DNA from: Paraspadella gotoi
Lineage: Eukaryota; Animalia; Chaetognatha
Direction of reading: 5' to 3'
DNA length: 64,000 nt
Assembly: GCA_051294375.1 (NCBI GenBank)
Contig: CM119268.1
Location: 6,329,525-6,393,524, forward strand
Under the pieces are notes generated by a model. It made no database searches and was not told the DNA's origin. It saw nothing but the letters and a program-made list of their open reading frames with translations. Shown here piece after piece: positions 57,661 to 64,000 of this stretch (position 1 is the stretch's first letter; every line of letters starts with the position of its first letter). Position numbers and translations under genes: made by a program.

Positions 57661-59239
57661 GACACAAGACGTCTCCAAAACGTAAGGACTATTTTTTTTT
57701 CAAAAATATTGCGGATTTTGGCTTGAAGAAAAAGCAAAGTAATTGAAACGCATTTCAATTTTTCTTTTTTTTTTCAAATATGGTTTTATTTTCATTCGAT
57801 TTTCTGAAACAAGAAATGTTAATCATAACCTTGTGATTGCCCCTTCAAGGCATAAAAGTATAAGGAAGGAACTTTTGATGCAACCAAGCTAGTAAATGAA
57901 TTGTGGAAAAACTTGGCGAAATCTCCATTTTTGGTTGTTCATCATCTACGTATAAGGACTAGCCATCGCCATCCCGATGGCCAAGAAAAATCTTACTGTG
58001 CAATAGTCTGATATAACTACCCTTTCTTGTTTTTGGCATGGTCTATACCGGCGTTTATTGTTTTAAGTTGCGCGCGAGTACTTGCGAAGCAACCCTACAA
58101 GACACTTGGGTGTCGGCCGCTAAGTCTGTCCATCGGTCTGTCTCACGTTTTAAATGCTCATAATGTTAGACAATAACGCGAGTAATACTTCATCAATTAA
58201 ATTTATATTTGGTAGAAAACCATGAGACCTTTGCGCATAAATATCATTCTTGAGAAGTCACGTGATAACCTGAAAAATCGATCACATGACCAGAAATTCA
58301 TTGCGGCATAATTAATGAAATACTGAGGCATTTTAGTGAATTTATGGTAGACTGGTAAGGCATCAATCAGTAAGAGCTTCATATGCATACATTTCATACT
58401 TGTATAAGTATAATGTATAATCACATGACCACACAGAACTTGGATCACGTGATCGTGTTGGCTTGTTTGATGAAATACTTAAAAGAGAAATAATAAAACA
58501 TAAGATGCTTCCTGTGCATATGTTTCATAGAACTGATCAAGGGGAAATGAGTCCGCGAAAGAAAGTCACACGTTGAACTTGCCGGTTCTTGTTAAATTCA
58601 TGCAAGGGAACAAACTTGCTAGACTCCTCGGTGAATACAAATTACAAATACCATCACCGAAGGAACAAAAATTATTAAGAACTATCCTCCTTTTTCCGTA
58701 AAACTTTGGTACTAACCTGATTAAAAAATGACCAAAATATATTTCCGTTCAACAAAAAAAAATAACATTAAAAATAAATAATCAGTAATCACAGAATTGA
58801 CGATTGGCAAAAAAACAATTTTATGTAAAATTAGGCAATAATATTGCCGCAATATGCTATATCACAATATCGCTTGTATGGACAAGAATAAAATTTTAAA
58901 TTAACAAATGCACACGTTGTTCTTAAAAACTTTCAAACATAAAAATCTCCTAAACTTTGTAAAAACAAATTATCGCTAAAAGCATTTATAAACTACACGA
59001 TCAGTGGTAGAAAAAATCATTTGAAAATAAAACAAAATATAACTAACAATAAAACGAAAAATGTCGATATCGGGCGACAGAATTGACACACAACTAGTAC
59101 GTACAAATCGCAAAGATAAGGCTTAGCACTAAAGACCCTAATCATTAGGCCGGAACAGATTGAAAACTAGAAGTTCACTCAAATAAATAATGTGACTGTT
59201 AAAGAATTTTCATAAAATAATTTTTAAAATTGATCTTAT

Positions 59240-59620
59240 TAATAAGCGCACGGAAGCATTTAAAAATTATTTTATTACTATATAAAATTTAAATTTTTTT
59301 AAAAAATTTTCATTTTTTTTAATAGATTCTGGTAGAGCTTTAAATGTTAGATAAAGGTTATTAATACAACTTTTTAAATTTTTTTCGTTTTATTTATAAA
59401 AATTTTAAAAAACTATAAAATTCAGCCAATGATGATGATGATTTTTTAAGGTTTTTTAATTTTTAACCAATTTATCGTCAAAATTTTAAAAAATTGTATT
59501 ACTAACTTTCATTTAACTTTTCAAGCTTTATATGAATCCGTTTTTAAAGAATAAAATTTAAAAAACAATTTTTTGTCATTTGTTATATTTTAATAAATAT
59601 TTAAAAGCTCCAGTGCAACA
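59240..59620. mobile_element. Degenerate AT-rich foldback/MITE remnant
   Basis: gcacggaagcatttaaaaattattt..gattctggtagagctt..taatacaa mirrored imperfectly by ttgtatta..aagctttatatgaatc..aaatatttaaaagctccagtgc. Confidence 0.45.
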
Positions 59621-60019
59621 ACCCAATGAACTAATTCAAAAAGTTGCATTGAAAATCGATTTAATAATAGAAGGAAAAAATTATTACTAATAATAATTCA
59701 CTAATAGAAAAATTTTTTCAGGATTTATTAGCCTTACTTTACTACAATGTTAGTATAACCGATGTTAATATTCTCGTTATGGATAAAATACGTCCTTATA
59801 TGCAATTATTTTTTATTGCACTAGAATTTGTTTATAATTTGTCTAATTTTGCACAGTAGATCGTTATATTGTTATCTTCATTATCGTAATTTTAGTATAA
59901 TTGTATTAATGCATCGAGCATCGTTAGACTACAGTTTTTTGTTTTGTTTTGGTTTTATTTTATTTGCCTGTTAATATGCGATTTTATTCGAATACAACGA
60001 GGTGATTCAGTACAATCAT

Positions 60020-60470
60020 CATCAACAAACAACAAACAAACAAAGACAGACTAAGTCTAAGCATAAAACATAAAATAGAGAGAAAAAAAAACAGTTAATT
60101 AAATAAAATTAATTAATTAAAATTTAAACAAATAAAAATTGTTCTTATGTTGTAAAAAATGGAACAAGTTTCTGAAGAACAGTATTTTTCATTGTATATA
60201 TCTTTGAGATAAAGGTTTTCTTACGATTATTAAAAATTGTGGATAGGTCGTGGTATCCAAACATACTCCTAAGTTCTCTCACACTTTCCCATCGATTATA
60301 TCCAAAAATCTTTCGTACACCATCATTTACAGCAACATTAAGTCTATTCATATTACGTACAGAAAAAGTTTTTACTTCACAACCATAAAGGAGAACCGGA
60401 ACACAGTTAGTATAATACAATTTCATCAATAATTCCTCTGAAGGTTTTAACAAGCATTTATCAAACAGTT
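60020..60470 (-). mobile_element. 5'-truncated LINE (CR1/L2-group-like) 3' end
   Basis: LMKLYYTNCVPVLLYGCE..LNVAVNDGVRKIFGYNRWESVRELR resembles the post-RT C-terminus of LINE ORF2; followed by T-rich/(TTTG)n tail. Confidence 0.7.
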
Positions 60471-60909
60471 ACTTGATGTAGTCATGTAGTTAATGTAGTT
60501 GTGTATCAATCTGTATCATTACTTGATATGAATAAAAAAACACCTCATATATAAACTGTTTAAAAGTAATGAAGGTGTCTTTTTCTTTATAAACTTTTTG
60601 ACTTTTCAATTATGAGAAAAACTACCAGTTATTGACGCAAATCATTTATTTAATAGAATAGAATAAAAAATAGAACAACTATGTATGAAACTAACAAATA
60701 AAAATGACTCGCAATGAAGTCGTAAAATAACTCTGGAAACACCAAAAATTATATCCGTTGATGGATACTACAAGCCCGTAAAAGGCTACAACATCAACTT
60801 TAAAAGGTTAATAGTTTTTTCCAAGAATAGCTTTAAAAGAAATTAGCGTGAATTAAAGATCATAATCCAAAAATCTGTACTACTTTGTAAACAGTTTCTC
60901 CGAGTTGAA

Positions 60910-63600
60910 TTAAGCAAGAAGCTGGGTCTCCGTAACGTAATCTCCGTTTGAAGCCTCCTTTTCATTAAGATTAATTTTCTTCGTTGGGCGGTATGCGACT
61001 CGGCCACTCATCAGAAACTAAATAGAACCAAAACACGTTATTTTTCACCCATAGGGTAGTGCGGGTTAATACAGAACACTTTTGTAAGTAATCAAATTTT
61101 TTACATAGTAAATATATTTTTAAAAAAATTTCTGATGAAATATTTAGGAAAGTGTCCCTGCTACAGGTTGATGTATTCATTTTTATCCTTTTTTTTTTTA
61201 AATTGAAAAGTGTTTACTTTTTTAACATAATTATTCAACAAATGTTGAAAACTTTTATTTTTTAATATTAAGTTTTCATAAACCCGCTCAGAAAGCATAT
61301 TGGGTAAAACGGAACACTTACTTTACAAGTGTTCCTGTTTACTCCAATTTACTGTCAGCCATGTAAAAAAAATTTAATATTTTTTTAATAATGTTCTGAA
61401 GAGAAAGAAAGAAAGAAAAAAAAAGAAAAAACTAATAAGAAAAAATTAGTTATCTCCTTTGTCAAAGTCATATTTGTCATAATAGAGGCTTGAAAACGAC
61501 TTTTTTAAATTTGCTGCTGCAGCCACAGTGAAATGCTACAACTCTTAATATGTTAGACCAGTTGGTGGAATATTTAATGCACCACTAATAATAATTCAAA
61601 TTCCTTACATAATTTTTTTATTTCATTTTATTTGTCAGTGTTCCGAATTACCCCTGTTCCGAATTAACCCGCACTACCCTATACATTAGACAATTTATTA
61701 TTTTTAAGAAAATGTGGGAAATAATGTTGTAAATTTTATTTGTAGTAACTAAGTTTCATTTTCACTGTCCCTAATTTATTTTCCGTTTTGTCTTAAACTT
61801 GGTTGCTTTCTTGAGGCTGGATATCTGCATTCAGTTGTTCATCAGGGCCATCTTTAAGGTTAGAAGCGTCATTCATACCTTCTACAGCATTTTCTTGGTT
61901 CAAATCATCCGTCACCGGACTATTCATAATTTGAACATTTTTATTAGCCGCTTTTTTTTTTCCGCAAATCTTTACTACCGGTTGGCCGGATTGTAAAAAC
62001 TACGATTTAAACGATGTACGACGAAATGTTCAAAGTCAAAGAATATGAACGCTTTCTTAGTTATTTCATAATTAGGTTACCTCGACTGTTTCTTGAAAAG
62101 TGCGACCTTTTGTTTCCGGTATACGAATGAAAACAAAGAATCCTATGGTTATGACGATAAACATGAACGGCAAAAAAATGTAGGGTCCCAGTGCATCTGA
62201 AAATAGCATCCAAACAATATAAAAATCAAGTAAAAAAAAAATCTTAAAAGCATAAGGATCGTCGCAATCACATAAGAAAATCTGGATTGACGACAAATTT
62301 TGATACTAAAAAAATCAATTAAAAAAAGAAAAAATAATTTAGAAACAGAAAGAAAAATAAAAGAAATAATATAAGAAAGAATAGAAAGAAAAGAAAGAAT
62401 AGAAAGAAAAAAAGAATAAAAAGGGGAAAAAAAATAGAAAGGAAAAAAAAATAGAAAGGAAAAAAAAAGAAAGGAAAGAAAGAATAGAAAGGAAAGAAAG
62501 AATAGAAAGGAAAGAAAGAATAGAAAGGAAAGAAAGAATAGAAAGGAAAGAAAGAATAGAAAGGAAAGAAAGAATAGAAAGAAAAGAAAGAGTGACGAGA
62601 AGAAAGAACAAAATAAAAACCGGATGTTGAGAGAGAGAGAGAGAGCCAGCTGCAGACTCGTTTTTTTTCCCTATGAATCAGTGACTAGGGAAAAAGGAGA
62701 GGGAGAGAGACAAATAATTAAAAGAGAAAAAAAATTGTTTGTTTTGATAAAACGTAAACAAAACATATTAATAACTGTCCTGACTCAATTTTAAGCACAT
62801 CGATAATGAGAAGCTGTATATAAATTTTCAGCTTCATTCACCAAAATTTAATCATAAAAAAGGCGAGCTATAATTAGGAACGCCGACGACAACAACAACA
62901 AAGACGACGAAGCCACTTATGTGCAAAACCACAGCAAAATCGTCGCAAACGCAAAGCGATTGCGACGATAAAAATAGAGAGAACAAATAAGGTTTCCAAA
63001 CAAGTGTTAAACAAGTTAGGTAACACATATCAACAGAACAATGACAATGTTGAAAGTGGCTAAAAACATGAAATATTGCGCATGTTACCTTTTAGATAGA
63101 TAAAGGTTAAAGACAAAAGGAGATTACAAGTCCAGTTAACGACTTGAGCGATTGAAGAGGCAGCGGCACGTGGAGCCTTGCAAATTAAAAAATAAAGTTA
63201 AAAATTCGGTAAAAAGGTTATTATAATCACAATTTTCAGTTACTTGACGAAACAATTCTGCAGAAATGTACATAGGAATGGGTCCAAGTCCAATAGCGAA
63301 GGAGATAATATAGATCATAATTCCAATAATAACGATGATAGACAAAACATATTGAGTATTCATATTAGAGACGAGTTCATCATAATCATGCCGAGATCCT
63401 AAAATTGTACAGAGTACAAATAATAGTTTTACGTATTTTGTTATATTCATTCTTACAAGGAAAAAAAAAAAAACACTTCAGGTCAAACTCACTATTTTGA
63501 TTGTAGAACAGATAATTTTCTAAATCATTTACACTCTTGTTGAGTGGAACCATCGTCTTATAATCATTGCGAATGTCCATTACATTACTATGAAGCTTTT
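60910..63600 (-). CDS. Facilitated glucose transporter (SLC2A/GLUT class I-like), 3' exons only, two candidate last exons
   Basis: [23 protein letters not shown]|[29 protein letters not shown]; 5' part lies beyond window end; upstream boundary approximate. Confidence 0.88.
61054..61679. mobile_element. MITE with short TIRs and TA flanks, between the two GLUT last exons
   Basis: ta-gggtagtgcgggttaat ... attaacccgcactaccc-ta; internal ggaacac/gtgttcc motifs. Confidence 0.85.
62241..62971 (-). mobile_element. HINE-like element, different subfamily, in GLUT intron
   Basis: atcttaaaag terminus and gagaagc..taaattttcagcttc core as in other copies, but subTIR atcgtcgcaatc / gattgcgacgat and an internal 18-bp AAAGGAAAGAAAGAATAG array (62340-62590). 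Confidence 0.68.
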
Positions 63601-64000
63601 CCTAAAGTTAAAACGATACGAAAGTTAAGAAATACAAAACTTGTATAGAACATTATACTCAGTATAGTACAATATACAGAAGGCTTCATATTATAAAATG
63701 GACCCCTTTTTTGTGACCAGAACACGTTCCGAGAAACTATTGAATAGATTTTAATTAAATTTGGTATGAACGATCCCTATGTGAATACAAATAGAAATAT
63801 CGAGGTGAGTTTCAATATTTGACCCCTGAGCCGAGATATAGGGCCCGGTAGGGGTCACACATGGGAGCAAAAAATGGTCAAAATTTATTTTTAATTTTTT
63901 GTTTTGTTTTGAACAGTTGCCCAGATGTTTACTCTTCCACAAAAATGTATTTATTTCCACAAAAATATTAGTTTACCATAAGTTTCAGCTTCATGAACAT

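Noticed and set aside
62339-62611. Hydrophobic ORF (FLSILS)n
   Set aside because: Translation of a purine/pyrimidine tandem repeat inside a mobile element.

Overview
Gene-dense animal (invertebrate) nuclear DNA with short, mostly GT-AG introns and one 100-N assembly gap. All 16 recognisable host genes lie on the minus strand. In transcription order they are a GLUT/SLC2A transporter (3' part), NUP214, WBP11, MRPS17, CCDC22, ADK, HSPA14, a BTB-BACK protein, an ankyrin-SOCS box protein, TTK/Mps1, COPB2, a ZNF451-like PIN/SIM protein, FAM114A, PSMG1, nicastrin and STARD7 (runs off the window). The 15 genes from NUP214 to STARD7 are mostly only ~170-570 bp apart, and several have unpaired 3' splice acceptors just before the ATG, which suggests a very long SL trans-spliced operon (inference). 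Other highlights are a ~900-aa acidic extension of beta'-COP with repeated WxxF/FESD motifs, a zinc-finger-less multi-SIM ZNF451-type PIN protein, and duplicated alternative last exons in the GLUT gene. Repeats include nested DINE-1/HINE-like elements, two tRNA-SINE copies with covarying stems, MITEs, a decayed BEL/Pao retrotransposon and a LINE 3' fragment. Gene coordinates are spans including introns, and identities are from recalled motif similarity, not database searches.
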